From contig OY740792.1 in assembly GCA_963514005.1 (NCBI GenBank), positions 21,018,001 to 21,082,000 of the forward strand: DNA of 64,000 nucleotides. Direction: 5' to 3'. Each line of letters begins with the position of its first letter. Position 1 is the stretch's first letter. The notes below the pieces were generated by a model. That model ran no database searches and had not been told where the DNA came from. It worked only from the letters and a program-made list of their open reading frames with translations. This document shows, in pieces, positions 1-13,238 of the stretch. Both the position numbers and the translations under genes were made by a program. Source of the DNA: Raja brachyura. Its lineage: Eukaryota.

Positions 1-426
1 TTTCAGTTTAAGGTTACTGCTAGTGATATTAGGGGGCATGTCATGGATTCTAATATTCTTAATTGGGAAAAAGAATGAAAAAACAGATGTTGAACACGTC
101 AATACACCAGCCACACATTCTGAAAACTGGGCTCTGCTGAGGTTTCATATTTCTCAAAATAATCTTTCTAAACAGATTTCTTAGGTCTCACGTTGCATAG
201 TGTGGATTACCTTGAAATAAATATACGGATCTTGAAAAATGAATTATTTTTTTAGTTGATCATAGCTCATTTATTTTATACCATAATTTGTTGTCAGGCC
301 ACAATAGTGAACAAGGAAGGATGTTTGGACAAATATAACAATGACACATCATTATTAAAAAAATAGCATGGTTGTCAGGTAGCAAAGGTTGCAGGCTTAT
401 AGTGAAGGGTGAAAAAGTCCAGAAAT

Positions 427-899
427 TAGAAACATAGAAACATAGAAAATAGGTGCAGGAGTAGGCCATTCGGCCCTTCGAGCCTGCACCGCCATTCAAT
501 GTGATCATGGCTGATCATCCAACTCAGTATCCCGTACCTGCCTTCTCTCCATACCCCCTGATCCCTTTAGCCACAAGTGCCACATCTAACGCCCTCTTAA
601 ATATAGCCAATGAACTGGCCTCAACTACCTTCTGTGGCAGAGAATTCCAGAGACTCACCACTCTCTGTGTAAAGAATGTTTTCCTCATTTCGGTCCTAAA
701 GGAATTCCCCCTTATCCTTAGACTATGACCCCTTGTTCTGGACTCCCCCAACATCGGGAACAATCTTCCAGCATCTAGCTTGTCCAACCCCTTAAGAATT
801 TTGTAAGTTTCTATAAGATCCCCCCTCAATCTTCTAAATTCCAGCGAGTACAAGCCGAGTCTATCCAATCTTTCCTCATATGAAAGTCCTGACATCCCA
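427..899 (-). mobile_element. CR1/HER1-type LINE, 5'-truncated 3' end
   Basis: ORF 524..922 is the CR1 ORF2 C-terminus (LGLYSLEFRRLRGDLIETYKI...FFTQRVVSLWNSLP). The 3' tail is (TTTCTATG)n, seen as tagaaaca repeats at 427-448. Confidence 0.95.
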
Positions 900-966
900 A
901 ATTGTAGAGTAAAAAGATGCAATTCTAAAAAAACTTTTCACAGAATGATCCACATAAGCTTACTTT

Positions 967-1242
967 ATTGAGTACTTTTAAAGTGTATATACTGTTGTAA
1001 TATAGCACATTTGAGTTAACTGTGATCGTGAGGGTATGGGCATAGGAGAAATTCATTTTGAACTGCCATCGTTAAAGATGTGATGGAATATACTCTGAGC
1101 AGTTACAATTGAGTACTTTTAAAGTGTATATACTGTTGTAATATAGCACATGAGTTAACTGTGATCGTGAGGGTATGGGCATAGGAGAAATTCATTTTAA
1201 ACTGCCATTGTTAAAGATGGAATGGAATATACTCTGAGCAGT
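967..1242. repeat. Local tandem duplication, 2 x ~136 bp
   Basis: 967..1103 and 1108..1242 both run attgagtacttttaaagtg...ctctgagcagt with only a few differences. Confidence 0.95.
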
Positions 1243-2779
1243 GCACTCTGCTTCCAAACTCAATGGATTTGATTTAACAGGCATACACTACCACATGAGA
1301 AGTCATGTGCTAGCTATTGGAAAAATAAGTTTTCTTAAGTTCGAAGTGCAAAACAGAGAAATATAAGTGGTTCAATGACAATTAGCAATTGTAAATTTAT
1401 GGTTCCGTTCAACCAATTTAATTTGTTTTTCTTAATAATTTACAGTGGATAATTGAAATCATGCCAGGAATAACAAATTCTTCTTTTGAAGAGATTGTAA
1501 AAAAAACGAAGTACATTTACTTTAGGAAAGGGAGAAGGTCCAAGGGATTTTCAAAAGTCAGAGTTTGAGAAAAAAACGGTGAAAGATTGTTTCAGATGAC
1601 TGTTGAATCAATAATATTGAGTCCAGGTTAATGGAACCAAGATTTTCATTGTAACTGTACCTCACCATACTTGTGCACATGGCAATAAACTCGACTTGAT
1701 GATTTTCACTGAAAGAATGGAGGGTTGAATTAAAAGATTTTTCATATATCACAGGTGGTTAGAATAAGGATAATCACTAAGAGAAAACCTGTTTAACATA
1801 ATTTTAAATGGACTTGAAAAGGAAGATTATGATGAGATAGAAAATGAGCAGGGAAATGAGAAGAGCCAGCTCTGGCAACGCTACAATGGTCCATGTGTCT
1901 CTTTCTATATACAGTATTTTTATGATCTATTTTCTTCCATGATCTGATTTTATGGATTCAAATCAAATGAGAAAAGTTATAAATCTTTTACTTTACGCAT
2001 ACTGTTTTGAAAACATGATGAATTTGGGGCATCAGAATTGCTTTCAGTGCCCCACATTTATGAAAATGTTCAGTGTTGTCATTGCTTTTGGATCAAATGC
2101 TACTTGCTATTTATAATTTCAATCATTGTAATTAGTCCACTCAAAATCATGTTTCAGACTAATCCATATATGCCTTCTAGCAAAAGTTTGTATTAATAGT
2201 TTTAATGATATTATTTCTGTAGTCATCAAAGTAAAGGTTCTTAATCTGTTGATCATACAACAGTGAGGTACCCTGCCTCCACTCCTGAACAGACCATCAC
2301 GATTTTTTCTATTGTACACATCAATCATACTTATGGTTTCTTTAACAAAGTGGTCTATTTAGCAATATAGCCAGATTATGAAAAAGCTCTGCATCTCATT
2401 AGATCCTGGAACTCAGATGGTTTTACATGATGGAAAAAACATTTTATTGAAACAGTACACTGGATTGAAAGGCAGAGTTCACTGGCAGAAATGATATTAT
2501 TCCATCCTATCCAAGAAATTATCCAGTTTAGCAAATTGCTGTAAAGAAATATCTATCAACCATACATTCATACTTTCCAATATGAAACTGAAGATAGTAT
2601 TAACTTGAAATATCACATCTTTATATACCTTATCACATTTCTCAAACATTCTTAAATACTTCAAACGCAACAGATTCACTGTTGTTGCATAGGCTTACGC
2701 AGACAGACAAAGCTGGCATTTTGCACACATGGTCCCACAAAACAGCGCTGTCAGGAAAGACCAGTCAGTTTGGTTTTAT

Positions 2780-3054
2780 TGAGGGAGGAATGTTGATTAA
2801 GACACTGGGAGAACTCCCTGCTCTTCAAGTATAGTACCATGCTGCTTTTAATATCTACCCAAACCACTGTTGGCAACAGACTGGGTAGCAATTTAATAGT
2901 GAACTTGAAGGACTGCATCTCTGATAATGTAACATTCCCTCAACACTGCACTAAAGTGTCAGCATAGATTATGTTCTCAAGTCCTTGGGGTGGGGCTTGA
3001 ACCCACAACCTTCCGACTCAGAGGCAAGGATGCTCCCATCTGAGCCAAGCTGAC
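2780..3054 (-). mobile_element. tRNA-headed DeuSINE (SacSINE1/AmnSINE-related)
   Basis: Minus-strand head gtcagcTTGGCTCAGATGG...GGTTCAAGCCC gives Pol III A/B boxes, followed by a Deu-domain-like core (ctgacactttagtgcagtgttgagggaatg...). Family assigned from recall. Confidence 0.75.
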
Positions 3055-3067
3055 GGGAATACTGTAC

Positions 3068-3136
3068 CTCTAAATCTTTCTTGCCCCTGGCCATCAATAT
3101 TAGATACTGGGGTTGATCTGAAGACAGGCGGTTTGT
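3068..3136 (-). CDS. Repeat exon, 69 nt, phase 1-1: DKPPVFRSTPVSNIDGQGQERFR
   Basis: Acceptor ctttcttttaaatttattacag|, donor gag|gtacag. Open in frame, and VFRSTPVS matches VFRPTPVS of exon 30311. Confidence 0.75.
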
Positions 3137-4559
3137 CTGTAATAAATTTAAAAGAAAGCAATTTTATGGTAACTTTCTGGCTTTGTGCACACAAAACCTA
3201 AAAGGAAGCATATTGTAAAAATAGTTTGGCCTCATGCAGCAGGTATGTCAAAAACTCAAGTTTACTTGTTTCATCAGAAATTAAAACCAAAAGATAACCA
3301 CTGAAAGTATACGAGTAAAGAAATACAAAATTAGTTAAATCACAAAAATTACAAAATTACAAAAATGAGCATAAGTTCCACAAACTGCTAAAAAATGGCT
3401 GAGTATTCATGTGGATTATGTTTACAAGGCATGGAATGGGACTTTTACATAATCTTTTGCCTTAAAACTTGTAACCTCTGTGTTTTATTTTAGTTGCAGT
3501 TTTTCATTTCTATTTACTCCATCTTATTAACAGAGTAATAACTTAGATAACTTATAACTTAAAGATAAAAGATAACTTATCTTTAGGTCTTCAGCTCTGA
3601 TGAAACATATAGAACAAAAACATTTCCATATACTTTCACTTTATGAATGTTGATTATACTGCTGCACATTTCCAACATTTTCTGTTTTTGCTTCAAATGT
3701 TCCTCAATTTTCTTTGTGATAAATGATCTCAACATATCATAGCTAACAAATCTTTAATATTCTGTTTCATTGAAATTACTTATAAATCCATTTGGTTTAA
3801 TTGGGCACCCAGCCAGTTGAGGTGCTTCCATAATCTCGGCCCAATGTTTATAACACACTTGATTCTGTTATAAGCAATTGAAGGAGTGAGAATTTTGATG
3901 TTATTATTATTAGCCCACCTTAATATTACAACATTAATAATGCATGCCAGTAAAAGACCTATCATTTTGCCATTATTTAGAGCCATGGAACTATATCCAG
4001 AAAAACTAGGGTTATTCTATAGCGTTAGTACCAATATTAGCATTGTTCAAGACTAATTCAAATAAGATATTTTGTAATTAAAAAAGAAAAATATGAATTA
4101 AAGGTATAATCCTTGATTAAAATTTGGGCAAAATGCAGCTTTATTGACAATACAATAACATGTTATTAGCACATGCTGCATAAGCACTTAATCAGACACT
4201 TTTTAATTGCATAACACAAATCATCCATTCACTCCAATTAAACTTAATAAATTACTCAATTGCCATGAATACCTTGAACACTTGCAAAGAATTATGCACG
4301 CTTTGAAAGGCAGACTCAATAACACATTAACACAAGCCCCCACAGCATCTGACGACCGAGTGATCTCGGTCTCTGAGGTTGACGATATAGAGGGTGAATC
4401 AGCGCATCTTTCAGCCCAAATGGCGTACCTCAATGAACGCTAAAGCAAAACTGGCTAGAGTATTCAAGGACATCCTCAACCCCTTGCTCCTCTGACCTGA
4501 GATTTCCACCTGCGTCAAAAGAGCAACTATTTGTCTAGGTACCCACGAAGAGTACGGTG

Positions 4560-5820
4560 AGCCCTCTAAATAACTGTCTGGTCATTAAGACCTTAGAGAG
4601 GATAGTTATGGCACGAATATATTCATGGCTCAGAATTGGGTCCACTTAAAATTGGCTATGGCCACAACAGCTCAATAGCAGATGCTATCTATTTGACTGG
4701 TTCTTTTCTCTGCTCTTGACCATCTGGATAGCAGGAATACATACGTCAACTGGTGTTCATGGACTAAGCTCAGCATTCAATGCCATCTTCCCCTCCAAAC
4801 TTATCGCCAAGCTCCAAAACCAGGACCTCTATACCACCCTTTGTAACCAGATTCTGTACTTCCTTATCAGCAAAACTCAATCAGTGCAGATTGGCAACAT
4901 CATCTCCTCCTCACTTAATATTAACATGGGTGCACCTCAAGGCTGTATGATTAGCTCCTGCTTTATAAGCAAAGTTCTAATGCCATGTAAAAAAATTGCC
5001 AATGTCACCACTGGTGTTGGCAGAATCATGGATGGTATTGGCTCAGAGTATAGGAAAGAGATAGAACACCTGGTCGACTGGTGCTGCAACAACCACTTTT
5101 CACTCAATGTCAATAAAACCAAATAACTAATCTATGCCTTCAGAAAGGAAAAGGTGGGAGATTAGATGCCAGTTTTCATTGGTGGGTCAGTGATGAAGGT
5201 GAGTTAGTAACTCAAATTACTGGGCATTAATATCTAGGATGACCTGTCCTTGGCCTGGTGCATAGATGTAATCATGGAGGACTACTTCTTAGAAGTTGAA
5301 AGAGATTCGGCATGTCACTCAATTAAAATTCTACAGATGCACTTTAGCAAGTTTCTGACCCATTGCATTGTGGCCTGGTATGCAAATTTCTTAGCAAAGA
5401 ATTGAAGAGGTTGCAGAAGAGGCTACCCACTTCGATCCATGCCCACTTCTCCCTGCTACCAGTGTAAGAAATAAAAAAGCTTGAAGTCTCCACAACCAGG
5501 TTCAGCAACAGCTATTTTGTTACAAATATCAGATTTTTGAATCGATATGCACAACCTTAATTCTACTTTGGCAATGGAGCAGTATGATTGATTCTTGCAC
5601 TATATTGCAATTGTTTTGTATATGTGTATTTTTGTACATGTTTTTTTCCCCTACAGTCTTTTGCGTTTTCATTGTTTTTTAGAATATCTCTGTAATTTAT
5701 CTATAATTAATGCTTGTGTGTGTTGTCTGGGTTAATGTGTCTAGGATGCTGCTGCAAATAATATTTCATTATACTTATACCCCAAGTATTTGTGCATATA
5801 CCAATACATTGGACTTGACT
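4560..5820 (+). mobile_element. Degenerate Rex1/Babar-like LINE
   Basis: ORF 4716..5126 carries RT motifs SSAFNAIFPSKLIAKL, GAPQGC and LVDWCCNNHFSLNVNKTK, with many stops and frameshifts around it. Confidence 0.8.
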
Positions 5821-6569
5821 TGAGAATGTTGGCATAATGTTTGCTTTTGAAGTATTGACTACTACTGAATATAAGAACTGTTTTCTCTGCTGCCAATAAA
5901 CTTGCCAAAATTATAAATCACATTAAACCCTCACATTTTTTTCAGTTTATGGGTAAACAGCACACATTCCAACAGTTGCCACTGAGGATCTATTTCTAAT
6001 GTTATAATTTACATTTTATAAGTAATCCGTTGCACTAGCAGACATAATTGTCAGGTGCAATATCCGCACTCACCAATTGAGACAAAAACTCCGTGTATAC
6101 CTAAAATGTGACTATTTGCCAATATCACGTGGTACTCACATTCATTTGCTCATTCATATAAACAACGGCTGGAAAATATATTTAGAATGATCATACATCA
6201 GACCCATGAGATTAAAATGCATGCAATTTGATGCAGATTCCAGGCAACCCCAGTAGATTTCAAAAAATATTCATTGATTTTCGGCCACATTATGTTTTTC
6301 GCATTCCATAGGATATCACACCTGTATTAGTGATTGGAGAAAGTCAGCTTTCTTCCCATAACTTGCACCATGCATAACTCCCTTCAGCCGAAGTTAAATA
6401 GAATTGATAGTAGTTAACATAGTTAGTTTCCCAGCAAAGAGCAATACATTTGAATGGTACACAATATGAAAACACTGAAAGAAATGATGTAACAATGTGG
6501 ATGTGAAAGTCAGAGGTTTGATTAGTATATCTGTCAATGACCACTAAAGTTGATGGTGTTGGGGATAGC

Positions 6570-7440
6570 AAGTAAGGTTGCCGAAGACAGTAGATCTGAT
6601 GGAAAATTGGGTGAAGTGTTGGCAGATAGAATTAAATCCTGATAGTTTAGTTTAGTTTAGTGATACAACGCGGAACCAGGTCCTTCAGTCCACCGGGTCT
6701 GCACCGATCAGTGATTCCTGCACACTTACACTATCCTACAAGGGACAATTTACAATTATACCAAGCCAATTAACCTACAAACTTGTATGTCTTTGAAGTG
6801 TGGGAGGAAACCGAAGATCCCGGAGAAAACCAACACAGGTCACAGAGAGAACTTACGAACTCTGTACAGACAGCACCAGTAGTTGGGATCGAACCCGGGT
6901 CTCTGGCGCTGCAAGGCAGCATGTCTACCGCTGCGCCACCGTGCTGCCTAGGGTGTGAGGTAATGCATTTTGGGAAGTCAAATAAGGGTAGGACATATGC
7001 AGCAAATGATAGGGCTCCAAGGAATGTTGATGAACAGAGGAACCTTGGGTTTCAAGTCCGTAGTTCCCTGAAAGTTCCTACACAGGTAGTAGTGCAGTAG
7101 CATATGGCTTGCCTTCATACTTTTGAGTTTTAAAGTTTTCATGTAGTGTTGCAAATTTCTAAAACGCTGATTAGACAGCCCTTCGATAGTTATGTGCCGT
7201 TCTGGTTGCCACACTGCAGAGAATGCAGGGGGTATTCACCAGAGTATCAAAAACAAAAGGGCATTGGTAAGGTGAGAGGAACCAACTTAAAAGGTAAGTT
7301 GAAAGGCAAGTCCGTTTTTTTTACACTCAGAGAGTGGTGATATTTGAAATTCGTTGCCAAAGGAAGTGGTGGTGTCAGATATAACCACTACATTAAAATG
7401 AGTTACAGGCACGTAAACAGGCAAGGCATAGAAATGCTGA
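6570..7440 (+). mobile_element. Old CR1 fragment interrupted by a SINE
   Basis: Decayed WQ.EFNP.KCEVMHFGKSN and QRNLG motifs are split by the insertion at 6645-6948. Confidence 0.7.
6645..6948 (-). mobile_element. HE1-type tRNA-derived V-SINE, full length
   Basis: Minus strand begins ggcagcacggTGGCGCAGCGG (A box) ... GGTTCGATCCC (B box) and ends in a (CTAAA)n tail. Confidence 0.9.
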
Positions 7441-7654
7441 ATACAGCATTCAAAAATAACTAGAATATTTGGATTGAATGCAACAGATATTATACATAAC
7501 TTGACGGGTATCAAGTGGGACAAAACTTTTCAAATCTGCCACCACATATAATGTTCCAGTGATCCCAGTAAAGGGAATTTTTAGGCGACTACTGGCGCCC
7601 TCAAAGAGTTACTTTTCTGAAAAAACGTTATTAGTTCAGTAAATCATTACTTAC

Positions 7655-7714
7655 CTTGCGTAGTGCCAGAACTACTGGAGGATGACTGAATAACAGTTGA
7701 TGTTGTCTCAGCTC
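7655..7714 (-). CDS. Exon, 60 nt, phase 1-1: GAETTSTVIQSSSSSSGTTQ
   Basis: Acceptor ttttattttgctgacccctgcag|, consensus donor aag|gtaagt. Open Ser/Thr-rich frame with the same phase as the array. Confidence 0.8.
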
Positions 7715-7942
7715 CTGCAGGGGTCAGCAAAATAAAACGAAAAATGATGAAGAGGTTGGACCAGTAGCAGTAAACCCACATTATTTTGTAATAATCTTAA
7801 GTCTACTTGACCATCTGTTGTTATATTTTTATGCAAACACGAAAAAGCAATTGGAATCTTAAAATATTGGCGAGAAAGAAATATCTGCAATTGAAATGTC
7901 AGACTGTTATATAAAATTTCACATTGTTTTGTTTAACCAAAA

Positions 7943-8465
7943 GGGGCTGTCCCACTGTGGCGACCTAATTGGCGAGCTTTGAAGAGTTTAGGAGAGTTTG
8001 AAAAAGTGTCATGTTGAAGACTCCTTCGACTATGTAGACGACCTCCTTCGACTATGTTGAAGACTATCTTCGACTAGCTTCAGGAAAATTGGACACCGAA
8101 TAGTGGAGAGTGAAGACGACCTCCTTCGACCTCCCTTCGACTGTTGAAGACTATCTACCACTACCATCGACTACCTTCGACTACCCTTGGCTACCTACGA
8201 TTAACATGCCGACCTACAACGACCTACTTCGACTAAACCTACAAGTAAAAAATATAGATTTTTTCCATGGCGACCTTTTTTTACTTGTGGGCATTTTTCA
8301 GCATGTTGAAAAATTTGTTGTGACCTAGCTGAGGCCTCGAGTACGCGGGGACTACTCTCGAGCATGAAGGAGAGTTACAAAGACATCCTAGGACCTTGTG
8401 GCGACCATGCTGAGAGTATGAGTCGAGGGCAAACTCTTCTAAACTTGCCGCAGTGGGACAGCCCC
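7943..8465. mobile_element. Non-autonomous DNA transposon (MITE), PIF/Harbinger-like
   Basis: TIRs ggggctgtcccactg ... cagtgggacagcccc, with internal (ccttcgact)-like short repeats and no coding capacity. The TSD is imperfect (aaa left, tta right). Confidence 0.8.
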
Positions 8466-8625
8466 TTAAAGCATTCTGAAGATTGCATAACACTATCACT
8501 AAGGGGTAGCACCAAAGAATCCTTAAAAACGATCAGATATAAACTATTTTGGAAAATTGGAAATGATGATGCACTAAATTCAAATAAGCAAGGTACCAAA
8601 TGTATTTTACCTTCAATTGAACAAT

Positions 8626-10059
8626 TAGAAACATAGAAAATAGGTGCAGGAGTAGGCCATTCGACCCTTCGAGCCAGCACTGCCATTCAATATGATCATG
8701 GCTGATCATCCAACTCAGTATCCTGTACCTGCCTTCTCTCCATACCCCCTGATCCCTTTAGCCACAAGGACCACATCTAACTCCCTCTTAAATATAGCCG
8801 ATGAAGTGGCCTCAACTACATTCTGTGGCAGAGAATTCCAGAGATTCACCACTCTCTGTGTGAAAAATGTTTTTTTCATCTCGGTCCTAAAAGATTTCCC
8901 CTTTATCCTTAAACTGTGACCCCTTGTTCTGGACTTCCCCAACATCGGGAACAATATTCCTGCATCTAGCCTGTCCAACCCCTTAAGAATTTTGTAAGTC
9001 TCTATAAGATCCCCCCTCAATCTTCTAAATTCTAGCGAGTACAAGCCGAGTCTATCCAGTCTTTCTTCATATGAAAGTCCTGACATCACAGGAATCAGTC
9101 TGGTGAACCTTCTTTGTACTCCATCTCTGGCAAGAATGGATTTCCTCAGATTAGGAGACCAAAACTGTATCAAGACCCTGTACAACTGCAGTAGAACCTC
9201 CCTGCTCCTATACTCAAATCCTTTTGCTATGAATGCTAACATAACATTTGCTTTCTTCACTGCCTGCTGCACCTGCATGCCTACTTTCAATGACTGGTGT
9301 ACCATGACACCCAGGTCTTGTTGCATCTCCCCTATTCCTAATCGGCCACCATTCACATAATAGTCTACTTTCCTGTTTTTGCCATCAAAGTGGATAACCT
9401 CACATTCATCCACATTATACTGCATCTGCCATGCATTTTCCCACTCACTCAGCCTATCCAAGTCACCTTGCAGCCTCCTAGCATCCTCCTCACAGCTAAC
9501 ACTGCCCCCCAGCTTCGTGTCATCCGCAAACTTGGAGATATTGCATTCAATTCCCTCGTCCAAATCATTAATATATATTGTAAATAGCTGGGGTCCCAGC
9601 ACTGAGCCTTGCGGTACCCCACTAGTCACTGCGTGCCATTCTGAAAAGGACCCATTTACTCCTACTCTTTGCTTCCTATCTGCCAGCAAGTTCTCTATCC
9701 ACATCAATACTGAACCGCCAATACCGTGCGCTTTAAGTTTGTATACTAATCTCTTATGTGGGACCTTGTCTAAAGCCTTCTGGAAGTCCAGATATAACAC
9801 ATCCACTGGTTCTCCCTTATCCACTCTACTAGTTACATCCTCGAAAAATTCTATAAGATTCGTCAGACATGATTTACCTTTCGTAAATCCGTGCTGACTT
9901 TGTCCAATGATTTCACCACTTTGCAAATGTGCTGCTATCCCATCTTTAATAACTGACTCTAGCAGTTTCCCCACTACCGATGTTAGACTAACTGGTCTGT
10001 AATTCCCCGTTTTCTCTCTCCGCTCCTTTTTAAAAAGTGGGGTTACAACAGCTACCCTC
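8626..10059 (-). mobile_element. Young CR1/HER1-type LINE, 5'-truncated, RT domain largely open
   Basis: ORF 8715..10247 has NYRPVSLTS, QHGF, YLDFQKA, GVPQGSVLGP and FADDTK, with a (TTTCTATG)n tail. The ORF portion beyond ~10060 is flanking read-through. Confidence 0.97.
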
Positions 10060-10299
10060 GTAAGTTCATTTATGAACTTTTTTTCAAAGCTTGTGAACAT
10101 AACAAATAGGGATAGATGAGGACCATTTGGCAGCTCATGCTTGCTAATGTTCAATGATAATATAGCTGCCTTTTTACCTGCGTTAACTTCATTCCTTGGT
10201 ACTCTTAACATCAAAAAATCAGTAGCTGTCTTGAGTACACTCAGCAACTGAACTCCACAGTTCTCTGGGCAGATAATTTTGAAGACTCCCTAACCTTTG

Positions 10300-11900
10300 G
10301 TTGCCCCAGCCAGGGCAAACATCTAACCTGTCAAATCCTTAAGAATTGTATGCTTCATTGAGATAATCTCTCATTCTTCTAAATTCTGGAGTCACGGGCA
10401 TTCTCTACTTGATCGCTCCAGATATAACAATCCTCGTATCCCAGAAATCAATTAGGTGAACATTTGCTGTACTTTCTTTATCACGGAATATCTTTACTTG
10501 GCAAGGGAGATCAGACTTGCACACAATTTTCCAAATAACCTCACCAAATTTCATACAACTGAAGTGAAGCACATTACTCTGGTACTCACATTTTCTTGCA
10601 GTGAAGGCCAACAACCCATTTGCTTTCCTTATTGATTGCTGAATTAGCATGCACACCAACTCCTTTCAAACTTTCATCATTTCAAAAGTACTCTAACATT
10701 CTATTTTGTTCAGTATCTGATCTCCCATTTTACACATTGTGTTTATCTGCTGAATTACCATGAAGATTAGTTGACAACTAGATTGGTAACAGCAACATAC
10801 AAGATTACATTACATTGAGTCTTCCTTCAAATAATTGACAAATTGTGAACACCTTGTGATCCCTGCCATATCATGCAGCCTCCTAACTATTGATCCTTTT
10901 AATCTTATTCTGTTTTCTGTCCACACCAGATTATTACTTCAAATTTGATCAATAATCTCTTGCGTAGCCTCCTAGATCTGAAAGACCAAATATACTATGT
11001 CAATTACTTTACTACATTATCTCCTGTTCATTGGTCTAAAGCTCCCAGTTTTCTCTCGCCCTCTATTTTTAAATTGTAAGATTAAATATGATGTCTTCCA
11101 ATTCAGAACCATTACAGAACCAATGCATTCGCCATCTTCATGACTACCTCTTCTAAACCCTCTTCTAAAACCCCAGGATGCAGATCGTCAACCACTGAGG
11201 ATGTATTGCTTTTCAGGTCCATTCATTTTTTTATTTTGCTAATTTCTTATATATTTTTTCTTTGCTCAATAGCCATTATCTTATACTATTTCATGGAGGT
11301 TTTCAATGTTTATGAAAGCAGGCCCAAAATAATGGTTTGATTTCATTATTCTACAACATAATTTCTCCTGCCTCCACATAACAGGTCCACATTAATATTT
11401 GCTAATCGTTTTCATATTACACATCTATAATAGCTCTTACAATCTGTTTCTACTTTCTACATAAGCATTGCCTGCTCTCCTTTATCAATGTCTTGGTCTT
11501 CTTTTGTTGCATTCTGATATTTTTCACAATCCTCAGGTTTTTTTTGGCATTGTTTTTTTCGATCTAATAATATCTTTGAATTATCTTGCTAGCCACAGCT
11601 GGGACATTTTTCCTTTTTTTTGGCATTAGAAGAATATATATTACTTATAAATTATGAATTAAATCTTTAAAATGTAGCCATTGTTGGCGTACAGTCACAT
11701 CTTTTAATGTTGCTTTCCAATTTACAATGGCTAACTCATGTGTCATGCTTTTATAGCTTGCTTTATCCTGATTTAAGAGCCTGGTTTCCAATTAATCTAA
11801 ATTACTTTCAATCTTCTACAACACTACGATTACTGTTCCCTAAAGCCCCTTTAACTACAAGATTTTCAATTAACACTCTCTTATTACATCTCGATCATTT
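10300..11900 (-). mobile_element. Old degenerate CR1 LINE
   Basis: Residual motif QQSIRKANGLLAF (ORF 10405..10659) and patchy nucleotide similarity to the younger CR1 copies. Confidence 0.7.
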
Positions 11901-13238
11901 TCCAAGCAATTTATAGTGGATTTCTGTGGATCCTACACAAATACAAGAGTTTCAGATTAAGGCAGATAGCTACAATGTATTCATAACTGGAATATATTTT
12001 AGAAAATGCAAGAGATCCCCATTAGTGATGCGTGTTTTAGTTTAAAGAATGCATAGCGGCGTCATCAGGTACCTGGCCTTAATGAATGGAGGAAACTATC
12101 TCACCATGCGTGCCTTCTTACCAATAACATTTTGAAACTTAGAAATAAAGAACAGAGAAGGAGAGTAAATAAGAAAGGGCGAATTGTGTGACTTCAAGCA
12201 AAGGATGAGGAAAATCAAAGTGACCAAAGTAGGTTATGAGAGAAAGAGAGAAATCAAATACAAAGGAGAAAAACAGGAAATACAGTTCATAATATAAGAT
12301 TTATAAAACTTCAAAACAATGGACAGAGAGAAGAATTGAACAGATCAATTAGTTCAATTTCTGGGCTGACAGGATCATTGGCATAATCATATGATCACAT
12401 TAGTAAATAAAGTTTTCAATTACCAGTTTTATCTCTTTTGTGGTAAATGCAGTACATTCTTAAAAATAATGGTGAAGAAATAGGTGAAAAGTTGCAAAGT
12501 TAAATGCAAAATCAAGTAAATTATCCAATTTTCTGGGGATTCACAATTCTGCCACAATTCATAAACCAGGAGTTTATAACAGTTTTACTCCTGTCAGGAG
12601 CACTGGTAAAAAACAAACAGCTGGGTTCCTTCATATCACCTCACCTCCCTTCAAGCTTGACAGATATTTACCATGCCAAATTGGAAAATTACACTAAAGT
12701 CAATTTTATGCTTTGACTGTTCCTTGTTAACTTGATACAAAAATCCTTTAGTCTTCATCTCTCAGGCCCTATTCCTTTAAGATTCCTATCTCTCAAGGTG
12801 AAGGTCTCTTTTAGTGCTTGTAATTGGCTTCCAGCACATTAAGCCTAGACTAATCCATTTTTGTCTCCTCCAATGGAGCAGAATTACACAATTTTCTTGG
12901 CAATAGGATATCAATTGTTCCCTGCTGATTCACCACATCTGAGAGTAAGCACTGAGAATTAATTGCAAAGAGAATGAGTGTCCTACAACTGTTATATTAT
13001 TTAACCTCCCCCACCCCTCCTCCCGGTGTTGGAAACTAGTGAAGGAACAATCCAGAACGTCGCTGGGCCCAGTGACTACCGGGAGGCCATTGATTTTTCT
13101 CTATTCATTTCTGTTGTTGATCTTTACACTATTCAGCCATTTACAAATAAATACAATTATAACTGTCTGCAAGCTGCATAAACATTTTATGCTAAAATTA
13201 TTTTCGACAGATTATGGCAGAAAGAATGCCGTGATTTT

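Noticed and set aside
2990-6948. tRNA genes at ~2990-3054 and ~6880-6948
   Set aside because: Both are tRNA-derived SINE heads that continue into SINE bodies.
8715-10247. 510-aa ORF as a host gene
   Set aside because: It is 5'-truncated CR1 ORF2 with an internal deletion, and its N-terminal ~60 aa is read-through of flanking DNA.
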